A stretch of 64,000 bases of DNA from a virus (taxonomy: Duplodnaviria; Caudoviricetes): the IMG/VR virus record IMGVR_UViG_3300014205_000188, positions 1-64,000 of that record, one strand, 5' to 3'. Positions 55,429 through 64,000 of the stretch are shown piece by piece. A program made the translations under genes and the position numbers. Under the pieces are notes generated by a model, which saw only the letters and a list, made by a program, of their open reading frames with translations, had not been told where the DNA came from and did no database searches. Every line of letters starts with the position of its first letter. Position 1 is the first letter of the stretch.

Positions 55429-58400
55429 ATGGGTTTAGAACAACGTCCGTACATTGGCACTTGGAGGATGGCGCAGACCAAAGTTGTCGCCCATACCCCT
55501 GATGCCCTTGTCTATATCAACGGAGACATCTCTGTCCCGGGCTGTTACAAGTGCCATAGCAAAATCAACATTCAGCCCTTTGTAACCAGCATCTCCGTGG
55601 ATGCCGGTACGGACGCTGCCGCCGGTTCAGCAAACATCTCGTTGGTTCTGCCTACCCACCATCATGAGTCTTTGGCCCGGGATGGACAGTTCCTGTTTTA
55701 CCCTGGGCTTGAGGTTCACGTCTACATGCGGGGGTACTTCCCCGTCAAGGGCTTGTACTCCAATCTGACGACCCCCAGAGGGGTCCTAAAGACAGACCCC
55801 GTTACGGGAGAGCAAACCATTGTTCCGGTGACTTTTCAGTACAGTGGGCAACAAGGAGCCATTGCAGAACCGGAGACGGACACCAAGAAACTAGGACCTC
55901 CTGAGAAGGTGACCGGCTTTGAGACCTACAAGCGCAAGGAACCCATCACGGGCATAGTCTTGCATGAGTCTGTGTCCACCTCCGTGACCAGTACTGAGAA
56001 GGCATTGCAGTCGGGTGGCAACGGCGTTCATTACATAGTGGACATGGATGGCCATGCCTACATGTACTATGACCCCTCCGAATATGTGACGGCGCATACA
56101 GGAGCTGGGGTGAATACGAATGCCACCACAGTGGGCATCGAGTTTGTCAACCCCTACAAGCCGTCCAAGACCTCAGCCGGTCAGACTGTCCTAGAGACTC
56201 CGTGGGCCGCTGGTGGCAAATATGTTGTGCCCCCGGCTGCTCAGCTGGAGGCGGGATACGCCGTGGTCTATCAAGTGGGGGCTAAGTACGGCGTCCCCGT
56301 GGTTTTTCCTGGTGCCACAGGTGACAGTTTCCAGATGAGTGGTTCCGGGATCAACGGTTCCGGGATCAGAAGTCACCAGCAAATTGGGGACCATGCGGAC
56401 GGTTCCTTCCCCGCCTTGTACATGGCGATCCGTGCTCGGGGCTACAACCCAGCTGAAGCCTATGCCGCAGCTGTGGAGGCGGTGAAGCAAGGGGGCAAGT
56501 CCGTGGTGCTCCCCCCTGTCAAGGGCTATGCTACAGCACCTTCTCGAGTTATTCTTGACCCCAAAGTGGCCGAGAACATGGTGCGCAAGGTGATCCGCAC
56601 GGAGGCTCAACCAAGTCCCGAGCAGTCAGTTCTGCCTGAGGAAACAGAGGAGAGGATCAACCCAGAGTGGGGACCATCCATGTTGGATGAGTTGGGTTTG
56701 ACCAACACGGACATGGACAACCTACTAGCCTACCCCTACTATCATACGTTCCATGGGGTGGTGAAGTCGGTGGCTTACTCGTGGAGTGCCGGGTCGCACC
56801 AAGTGACCCTCGCCTGTGCCTCTATGCTCTATTTCTGGAGCTACCAGCAGATGAGCACTATGACGTCGGTGCTCGGAGCCAGGCCACAAAACTCCAAAGC
56901 TCGTATGTCTCTCCAGGGGCACAACTTCACGGGCATGCATCCCTACGAGATCATTTACATGTTGCACTATGACACAGCGGGTGCCGCTGGTGGTGTCGCA
57001 TGGCATTTGCAGCAGAAGACAAACCAAACGGCTCGGTCTCCTATCACGGGGGAGAGTCTCTTCAGCCTCAACCTGAGATATTGGCAGCAGAGGTTTAACC
57101 AGAGAGAGATCAAGCTTCGATTGCATGGTGCCTCCGGCGGTTTGTTCAATACAGCCCAGGCTACCTTTCTGAGTCGCTTGAAGGGCCACCAGATCACGTC
57201 CTTGCTCAGGCAACGATACTCTGGGACCGCTCGGTCGGGATCAGGACACATCCTGGCCTCCTCTAAGACCTTAGGGTTGATGCGCCCCGTAGGACCGGGT
57301 CTTCGTGGGAAGATGATCGAGTACTTGAATTTCGGGCGTACCAATGCTGAGTCCCCAGACTCCACTAAGCCGTCCATGGAGTTGAATCTCGCGGAGATGA
57401 TCTCCTTCGTGAGCAACATCACGGAGTGGGGTCAGGTGCGTCTTTTCGAGGCCAGTTACGAAACCAAGATGGAGATTGCTCAGAAGGTTTGTGCCGTCAC
57501 TGGTTTTGAGTTCTATCAGGATGTGGACGGGGACTTTGTTTTCAAACCCCCCATGTACAATCTGGACACGTCCTCGAGTCGGGTTTATCGCATCGAGGAC
57601 ATCGATCTTATTTCTGTGAACTTTGAGGAGAGTGAGCCAAACGTCACGTATATGACTGGCAAGGGAGATTTCATCAAGAATCTGCAGGGGCATGGGGTTG
57701 AGGGTGAGTGGGGGGTACAGGGTCAGTACATCGACTATCGTCTGGTGGCCCAGTACGGCTGGCGGGCCGGAAACTTCGAGGAGTCCTATTACAGTGATTC
57801 CAAGTCCGTGTTCTTTGCTGCAATGACACGCATGGACGTGTTGAATGCCCCGGCCCAAAGTGCCACTGTGACCATTCCTCTTCGTCCTGAACTACGTCCC
57901 GGGTACCCCGTGTACATTCCGTACCTGGACTGCTTCTACTACTGTCCCAGCTTCTCACACTCATTCTCTGTTGGCGGTCAGTGCAGCACCACTTTGCAGT
58001 TGACGGCAAAGAGATCTAAGTTTTTTGCCCCGGGTGACCCCAGTCGAATCCAGAGATCACAGTCGGCTGGTGGTGTCACCGGGGGTATTGACGCAATCCA
58101 GCTAGGGGACACGGCGTTGCCCCCTATGCCCCTTTCGGTTCAGGGGTCGGATGGGCAACCTCGCCTGTCAGGATTTCCAAACGTGGTTATGGCTTTGGAC
58201 CCAACCACGATCAATCCTTTGTTCCTTCTTGTGGGCTCCGATGTGGGGGATCTCAACTCCTATGAGGCACTCTCGGGCCTGATGCGGATGGCCGTGGATC
58301 TCAATATCTTGACGGTCAAGGACAAGGGTAACCCTGGGCCTGAATATGTGATGATGACGGATGAGGGTTCCCAGATCACATTCTGGTTCCCGTCCAAGGA

Positions 58401-60633
58401 CGGACTTGCGGCAAAGAATCCGGCCAACACTCAATCCATTTGGAGTCTGGCTGCGGAGTACACCAACTACCAAGTCACCTTCACTTCTGATCAAATGGGA
58501 CTTCGTGTTGCTTTGGACGCTGTGCTGCAAAAGCAAGCGGCGGCGGAGTCCCAGTTGGCTATGTTGGAGAAGGCGGAGAGAGAACAACCCCGAGGGAAAG
58601 AGCAGAGTCTGCAAGGGCAAAAGGATCAACTGCGGCAAGTGATTCAAGGTCTGAAGAAAGAGGCCGAGCAGCACATGGCTCAGTTTGAGCAGACCAAGAC
58701 CAACTTTGATACCGTCATGGGAGATGCTAACAAGGTGGGTGGTGTGGCTTTCTTCGCCGAGCTGGTTCAGAAAGCTGGAGAGCAATATTTCAAGCGGGGA
58801 TCAGGAGTTGACCTAAACTCCTCGGCCACCTTGTTAGATCTTCTCTCCGATAAAAAGATCGGGATGTGTAGCGGGTCAGTGCCGGGTACCTACCGTTACT
58901 ATTCAGCATCACATCCCAAGAAGGAACAGCAGGGTCAACCGATATACGGGATGAGAAAAACGGCAACGGTCAAGAGTACAACCCTACAGAATCCTTTTCT
59001 GGATGACGGTTGGAAAGATCTGTTGGTTCCTACCTATGTGCCCACAAAAGAAATTCAGATACAAGAGGATGGAAACCTCCCTCAGGCGATGTTTGCCGAC
59101 CGGCACCCTGTTTGGGGACTCAAGGTTCTGACAAACAGGGTGGCGGGTGGCGAGGTGGTTCCAACCAGTGAGATCCGTGAGCTGATGTTCTCCGTTCATG
59201 ACGTAACCTTGTCCGCACCCAAGGTCAAAACGACGCATGGCTCTTTTACGGTGGACATGGGGGGCAGTGTCACGAGTTCCCTACGGGAAAGTCTGAATAC
59301 CTTGGTCTCAAAGGCCAACCTTACTATGTCCCCTGCTGAAGTTTTTGGGCCCTGGGTTGTAAAGGTCTCATCGGCTTTGCGAGCTGCGGCCGATGAGGCC
59401 AACAAAGTGGGATCCGGGAATGGCGTGGGGATCGCGGGAGTAGACTTGCCCCAAGAGTTTCAGGTTCTAGGTGGGGTATGGCCCTATGACGCCACCCTTG
59501 ATATGTACCTTTTGGCTGATAACGAGAGTGGCCAAAGTGAATTGTTTGCGGGATCAAGTACGGTCATGTCCTCTCGTGTTTGGGAGGCCGCAGCTACCTG
59601 GCTGGCGGAGGAAATGACTAACCTGATCCGGGCGGAGAAAGATCTCTGGGTCGAGGGGATGGCGGGTTCACTGGACACGGATGTCCAGTCCGAACGCCTG
59701 TCCACGATGGCCAAGACTTTTGGTGCTCAGTATGGAACGGAACCGGCTAAGGGTTCCGTTTCCACCAACACTTCAAAGCCACCCAAGAGTGCCCTCCCCG
59801 TTTACATGCCCGTTTTCCCGGTGTCTGACAGCAAGGGTTATCGGGTCGTGGGGTCCTATCGTTATGGACGGGACGTCAGTATTGACCCTGATGGGGTCTT
59901 TGACGTGCTCGCCAAACAGGACCCTTTGCTCATGTTGAGCCGGACCTTGGTGGAAGACGTCATTGAGGTTGTTCTCAATGGTAAAGGGGTCTGGGTGGAG
60001 GAGGATGTTCCTGATTTGAAGTCACCCTCTGGCACTCCCGCAAAAAGAAGCCGCTACGTGACGGGACCAGCAGCAGCGCAAGAGGTTGAGCGTCGGGTTT
60101 TGTCCAGCTTGAGGGAACACTACTCAGACTCTCAGATCCTTGACCTTGGTGTGGCAAGGGCCACGAGTGACCCGACCATACTGCAACTGAACCTGATGAA
60201 CTGGTTTTCGGAGAAGAACAAGGATGGCGTGCACAAACTGCCCATTCTGAATGCTGGTTTCAGCATGGCCGAGTTGACCACGGGTTTGATAGGAGCTACT
60301 TGCACATGCAAGGCCACTGAGGCTGACGTTCTATTGAGTGTTGCCTCCAGGGAGCGTTTTGTTGAGGTGTCCTCCTCAGGAGATAGTGTCGGGGCTCAGA
60401 TGCCTTTGGCGTTGGGAAGCCGTGGCGTTGGGGATGTGACACGCAAGCTCATGGAGGAAGCGGTTATAGGGTCCATGGATTGGAAAGCGTCACAAGATGC
60501 CCTTCGTGGGGTCAGAGACATCAGCAGAACCAGTTTGGTGACCGCATCCACGGATCTCCCCTCCGCTTTGAAAAATTGGCAGGCACAACAAGATGCCCTT
60601 GTTGCAACCTTGTCCTCCACTGAGGTGAAGTGA
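55429..60633 (+). CDS. baseplate hub protein with inserted N-acetylmuramoyl-L-alanine amidase (Amidase_2) domain
   Basis: IVLHES, VHYIVDMDG, AHTG...N..TVGIEF, SHQ; hub motifs EFYQDVDGDFVFKPP and LRPELRPGYP. Confidence 0.8.
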   Translation: MGLEQRPYIGTWRMAQTKVVAHTPDALVYINGDISVPGCYKCHSKINIQPFVTSISVDAGTDAAAGSANISLVLPTHHHESLARDGQFLFYPGLEVHVYMRGYFPVKGLYSNLTTPRGVLKTDPVTGEQTIVPVTFQYSGQQGAIAEPETDTKKLGPPEKVTGFETYKRKEPITGIVLHESVSTSVTSTEKALQSGGNGVHYIVDMDGHAYMYYDPSEYVTAHTGAGVNTNATTVGIEFVNPYKPSKTSAGQTVLETPWAAGGKYVVPPAAQLEAGYAVVYQVGAKYGVPVVFPGATGDSFQMSGSGINGSGIRSHQQIGDHADGSFPALYMAIRARGYNPAEAYAAAVEAVKQGGKSVVLPPVKGYATAPSRVILDPKVAENMVRKVIRTEAQPSPEQSVLPEETEERINPEWGPSMLDELGLTNTDMDNLLAYPYYHTFHGVVKSVAYSWSAGSHQVTLACASMLYFWSYQQMSTMTSVLGARPQNSKARMSLQGHNFTGMHPYEIIYMLHYDTAGAAGGVAWHLQQKTNQTARSPITGESLFSLNLRYWQQRFNQREIKLRLHGASGGLFNTAQATFLSRLKGHQITSLLRQRYSGTARSGSGHILASSKTLGLMRPVGPGLRGKMIEYLNFGRTNAESPDSTKPSMELNLAEMISFVSNITEWGQVRLFEASYETKMEIAQKVCAVTGFEFYQDVDGDFVFKPPMYNLDTSSSRVYRIEDIDLISVNFEESEPNVTYMTGKGDFIKNLQGHGVEGEWGVQGQYIDYRLVAQYGWRAGNFEESYYSDSKSVFFAAMTRMDVLNAPAQSATVTIPLRPELRPGYPVYIPYLDCFYYCPSFSHSFSVGGQCSTTLQLTAKRSKFFAPGDPSRIQRSQSAGGVTGGIDAIQLGDTALPPMPLSVQGSDGQPRLSGFPNVVMALDPTTINPLFLLVGSDVGDLNSYEALSGLMRMAVDLNILTVKDKGNPGPEYVMMTDEGSQITFWFPSKDGLAAKNPANTQSIWSLAAEYTNYQVTFTSDQMGLRVALDAVLQKQAAAESQLAMLEKAEREQPRGKEQSLQGQKDQLRQVIQGLKKEAEQHMAQFEQTKTNFDTVMGDANKVGGVAFFAELVQKAGEQYFKRGSGVDLNSSATLLDLLSDKKIGMCSGSVPGTYRYYSASHPKKEQQGQPIYGMRKTATVKSTTLQNPFLDDGWKDLLVPTYVPTKEIQIQEDGNLPQAMFADRHPVWGLKVLTNRVAGGEVVPTSEIRELMFSVHDVTLSAPKVKTTHGSFTVDMGGSVTSSLRESLNTLVSKANLTMSPAEVFGPWVVKVSSALRAAADEANKVGSGNGVGIAGVDLPQEFQVLGGVWPYDATLDMYLLADNESGQSELFAGSSTVMSSRVWEAAATWLAEEMTNLIRAEKDLWVEGMAGSLDTDVQSERLSTMAKTFGAQYGTEPAKGSVSTNTSKPPKSALPVYMPVFPVSDSKGYRVVGSYRYGRDVSIDPDGVFDVLAKQDPLLMLSRTLVEDVIEVVLNGKGVWVEEDVPDLKSPSGTPAKRSRYVTGPAAAQEVERRVLSSLREHYSDSQILDLGVARATSDPTILQLNLMNWFSEKNKDGVHKLPILNAGFSMAELTTGLIGATCTCKATEADVLLSVASRERFVEVSSSGDSVGAQMPLALGSRGVGDVTRKLMEEAVIGSMDWKASQDALRGVRDISRTSLVTASTDLPSALKNWQAQQDALVATLSSTEVK

Positions 60634-63035
60634 TGCCAGACACAATCCGGTATCTGGGTCGAGCACATCCCCATGGTCCGGGACAGACCCGTGGGGCTCT
60701 TCGTATCACTTCACTGAAGTCGAAGACCGATCTTGCTCGGATGAACCCGGATAACAACCCGGGGCTGGGTCTAGCTCGAGTGGTCACCATCGATTACGAA
60801 GGATTCCTGGTTACTTTGCGGACCATTTCCGGTGCCTCTCAGATGTTTCAGCGGGTTCCGGTGCCCTTGACTTTTCCTGGTGCCGGAGCCCGTCACTTTT
60901 TCGGTTCCATGCCCACTGTGGGGGACACTTGCATCATCGGTTGGATGCACCAAAGTTCCAGTGAGGGGAGCAACACAAAGACTCCCGTAATTCTAGGGTG
61001 GGTCGTGCCTGGTCTTTGGCCTGGTCGAGATTGGGTCACAACCGCTGAGATGCCTGCCGACGAATTTGACCCCGGTCATGGTGAGAGGAAATACTGGGAA
61101 GGTTCCTTTGACCGAGTACGTCACAAGCTTCGGCATCTTCAACCCGGAAACATTGTGGGGTCCTCGGCACAGGGTGCAGACCTTGTCCTTGACGAGGGTG
61201 TGACCCTCTCAAATCGTCGTGGCAACGAGTTCAAACTGAGGGACCAAGACCAGGCAGCCATTCTTCGGGCTCTGCAACAGTTCACGGCTCTGGCTGGTGC
61301 TCGGATCTATGCGGGGATGGTGCAACGAGACGCAACTTTCCTGCCCACCAAAGTGGTCTCGGATGGGAAACTCTGGGACGACGGCCTACAAGCCGCTGCC
61401 GGGTTACCTCTCCCGGACTCGGTTCTTCCCCCAGACCCGGATGCACCACGTGGCTATCTGACCCCGAGTGCAAACCTACATCGCAGCAGAGACGGTCAAG
61501 ACCTAACCCGCAGCTTGTTGCCCGTGAACCCTTACCTAGATCCCTATCAGTTTTTGAAACGAGGTGGGTTCCTAAACGAGTTCGGGTACGTGGTAGATGA
61601 CAAGCATCAGGCCGATGCCGTGTATGGGGGTAAACCTCTTTTTCGTGTGTCCTCTCAGGGTACCTCCAATGCGGTGACGAGCCCCGATATGGCCACGCTC
61701 ACGGAGTACCGACTTGAGGTGACGCACACATCCGACGGGCGTTTGCCAGTCACCGACCAGACGGACATGTTCGATGCCGAGCGCCTTCCGGGTCAGGATG
61801 CGGGGCAATCTCCTAACGTTCCTTTCATCGAATGGGTTTTGGGATCCGTGGTGGGGAATGACCCCTTCTCACAAGATGGGAGGCCCAAGTACGGGCTTCC
61901 CATGGTGGCTCGGGTCTTTGACGGTTCAACCCCCAGCCCTCGGCTAGAGGCCGCAAGATTGGCCCTTGTGGGGGGAGGGGCGAACCCAACGCCCATGGCA
62001 GAGCAAGCTGCCACGTTGTTTCGACTGACGCCTCCCGGTGGCGGGGATACCACTTTCGTGTCCTACAACAAGAAGGGTCAGTTGAGAGCCTCCATTGGTG
62101 GGGATCCCGAAGGGATTGCCGCTGAGGTGTTTCTGAACGGTGGGTTGAAGCTGGGGATCCTTGGTGGGATGCAACTGTTCCTAGCGGGGGAGACGTCTTT
62201 TGGTACCTCGGGCAAGGCCACCATGTCCGTGGGGTCGGAAAAAGGTGGGGTGAGGATTTTTGGTGGCGGTTCCATGCAAGGAACAGAGTCCGCCCAGGAG
62301 TCACTGATCGGAACCGACGGTGGAGCAGGGGACAGTCCCGCTGTGGATATTGAGGCCGCCACCAACATGCGTCTCAGGGCTCAGAAGAAGGTTCTTGTCA
62401 AGGGGCAGCATGTGGAGGTCAATGCCTCCCAAATCAACCTGTTGGGGCATGACTCCATATCCGTTGATGGTGTCCAAAGGACCTCCATCTCCACCGAGAG
62501 TTTTCAGTTGTCCGTGAATGGGAAGAGTCAGGAGAGTTACGGTGGCCCCAAGTACATGCTGCCGACCAATTTTCCTCTTCATGAGAGGACCTACGCCCCG
62601 TCTTTGCCAGGTTACGTGAGTGAAAAGGTCACCTACATCGCAGGTGACCGGGAAGAGACTTTCAGGTTGGGTAACCACAAGACCACGGTCTTGGTAGGCA
62701 ATTTACAGTACGAAACAGATCAGGGCACTTGGTCTGCTCGAGCAGTGGGTAGCCACCTCAAGATGGGGACCAGCGGAATTGAGGGCACGGCACAAACGGG
62801 GACCATCACACTGACGGCCAATGCCGGTGAGGCCTCCATGACAGGCGTCTCCGTCAGTCTGGTAGCGACGGGTGGTGTTGCGACCCTCAAGGGAACCTCT
62901 GGGGTATATTTGGGTGGTCCCGTTGTGGGTCCAGACTCCGGGCCTCTGATTTGTGCTGGTTCTCTTGACCCCTTAACAGGACTCCCTTTTGGGACATGGG
63001 GCATGGGGGCAAAGAACCACATCGTCGGGAGTTGA
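60630..63035 (+). CDS. baseplate central spike (gp5/VgrG-like)
   Basis: OB-fold ARVVTIDY...MPTVGDTCIIGW; C-terminal beta-helix repeats; DPLTG tip motif. Confidence 0.7.
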   Translation: MMPDTIRYLGRAHPHGPGQTRGALRITSLKSKTDLARMNPDNNPGLGLARVVTIDYEGFLVTLRTISGASQMFQRVPVPLTFPGAGARHFFGSMPTVGDTCIIGWMHQSSSEGSNTKTPVILGWVVPGLWPGRDWVTTAEMPADEFDPGHGERKYWEGSFDRVRHKLRHLQPGNIVGSSAQGADLVLDEGVTLSNRRGNEFKLRDQDQAAILRALQQFTALAGARIYAGMVQRDATFLPTKVVSDGKLWDDGLQAAAGLPLPDSVLPPDPDAPRGYLTPSANLHRSRDGQDLTRSLLPVNPYLDPYQFLKRGGFLNEFGYVVDDKHQADAVYGGKPLFRVSSQGTSNAVTSPDMATLTEYRLEVTHTSDGRLPVTDQTDMFDAERLPGQDAGQSPNVPFIEWVLGSVVGNDPFSQDGRPKYGLPMVARVFDGSTPSPRLEAARLALVGGGANPTPMAEQAATLFRLTPPGGGDTTFVSYNKKGQLRASIGGDPEGIAAEVFLNGGLKLGILGGMQLFLAGETSFGTSGKATMSVGSEKGGVRIFGGGSMQGTESAQESLIGTDGGAGDSPAVDIEAATNMRLRAQKKVLVKGQHVEVNASQINLLGHDSISVDGVQRTSISTESFQLSVNGKSQESYGGPKYMLPTNFPLHERTYAPSLPGYVSEKVTYIAGDREETFRLGNHKTTVLVGNLQYETDQGTWSARAVGSHLKMGTSGIEGTAQTGTITLTANAGEASMTGVSVSLVATGGVATLKGTSGVYLGGPVVGPDSGPLICAGSLDPLTGLPFGTWGMGAKNHIVGS

Positions 63036-63041
63036 TCTGCT

Positions 63042-63650
63042 ATGGCCTTGACAACGGATCTTCTCTATGGGTCTCTCCTGCAGGCGAGAACCTCCGGTGC
63101 CCATGCGCTCTTGGGGGTCAAGTATGAGGACCTCGCCCGCGGTTTTGCGAATGCTTTTTTGCTTTGGTCTCAGTCTCCTACCAACCTAGCCCTTGCAGGT
63201 TACTCGACGGGGCTAGCAGGAACGGGTGGGATCGTTACAACCATGAGCAGGCTAACGATCCCACTGAATGTTTCAGCCATGCTTTCTGCCCTATTGGGCG
63301 CAGGAGTAGGAGGCCCACAGGCCTCCTCTCTTGCCACAGTCATGACATCGGGTGTGGCTTCCTGCCTCAACCAATACGGTCAGTATGCAGGCGTTTCCAC
63401 TGGTGTTGGGTCTGGGTCCGACGTGTCCACTTTTACGGTACTCAATGCCGCCTCCCTGACGGGTATTCTGACCATGACCTGGTCGTCCATTTTCGGGACC
63501 TTGGGGGCAAGCATGCCAATGATGGCTCGAGGTTTGAGTGTCGGGGTAGCCCAGTTGTTGGCTTTGGGTGTGGGCAATGCCCCCGTTCTTGGTGTAACGT
63601 CCGTGCCCCCTCTCGCCGCGGTGGGAACCACAATGTCTAGGGTGGTGTGA
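63042..63650 (+). CDS. Gly/Ala-rich baseplate-associated protein
   Basis: Follows spike gene. Confidence 0.55.
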   Translation: MALTTDLLYGSLLQARTSGAHALLGVKYEDLARGFANAFLLWSQSPTNLALAGYSTGLAGTGGIVTTMSRLTIPLNVSAMLSALLGAGVGGPQASSLATVMTSGVASCLNQYGQYAGVSTGVGSGSDVSTFTVLNAASLTGILTMTWSSIFGTLGASMPMMARGLSVGVAQLLALGVGNAPVLGVTSVPPLAAVGTTMSRVV

Positions 63651-64000
63651 TGGATCCCTCTTTTTCAGGTCATGTTCTCAGGGGCACAACCCTTGCGCCC
63701 AGTAATGCTCCCACCACCGGGGAACCAGAGACGGGTGTTCTTCGTGGTTTGGAGACCGTGCCCTCGGCTTTTCTCTATGCCACCGAAGCCCCTGACTTTG
63801 TAGACGTGGATGCAGAAAGGTACAGGGCTGGTGTCCTTGAGGCTCCGGGGACCACCCCCGTCGAGTATCTGGTCTGGGCCCAGAATTCAGCCTCCCTTGC
63901 TTGGGTCGAGAATCCCGACTGGTGGCTTGAGGACGGAACAGCCACTTTTGTCCCAGGCTCTTTGAATGTGACACACGCCATTACGGGCGACGTCCTAACC
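63650..64000 (+). CDS. 3'-partial structural protein
   Basis: TGATG overlap; MDPSFSGHVLRG... open to the window end. Confidence 0.6.
   Translation, partial: MDPSFSGHVLRGTTLAPSNAPTTGEPETGVLRGLETVPSAFLYATEAPDFVDVDAERYRAGVLEAPGTTPVEYLVWAQNSASLAWVENPDWWLEDGTATFVPGSLNVTHAITGDVLT

Noticed and set aside
33681-63650. Bacterial eCIS/tailocin locus
   Set aside because: Neck/head-associated genes, a terminase paralog, homing endonucleases and the absence of host housekeeping genes indicate a phage genome
1-64000. Alternative genetic code
   Set aside because: Long genes are intact under code 11 and end in TAA, TAG and TGA

Overview
64-kb segment of a large (probably jumbo/huge) contractile-tailed dsDNA bacteriophage, translation table 11, dense coding. 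The + strand carries a virion morphogenesis region: paralogous putative head/decoration proteins, neck/head-tail proteins, a 1767-aa tail sheath, tube, two tail-chaperone-position genes, tape measure, two tube-initiator-like paralogs, a baseplate hub with an inserted amidase, and a gp5/VgrG-like spike. Accessory genes are interleaved: a LAGLIDADG-tail/HTH/DNA-methyltransferase fusion, an ATPase-only terminase paralog, HNH, GIY-YIG and Vsr-like nucleases, a NYN RNase, a HAD phosphatase, and a 7-kb antisense island between sheath and tube with a DUF6745 pair and small secreted proteins. Most notable: (1) a ~610-nt non-coding, highly structured minus-strand region (21372-21985) holding two tandem homologous tRNA-like domains with covarying 12-bp stems and T-arms, downstream of a bipartite promoter-like motif GATCATC-N13-GAGTAG found 4 times; (2) a set of probable head-packaged cargo proteins sharing a PELR..L.PLL.KEA leader, VAxRYL tags and KxA motifs, including a 936-aa polyprotein with RNase-like, ADP-ribosyltransferase-like and SWIM modules; (3) a hairpin/promoter switch over an endonuclease start codon. 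All family assignments come from motif recognition by eye; no database search was run.
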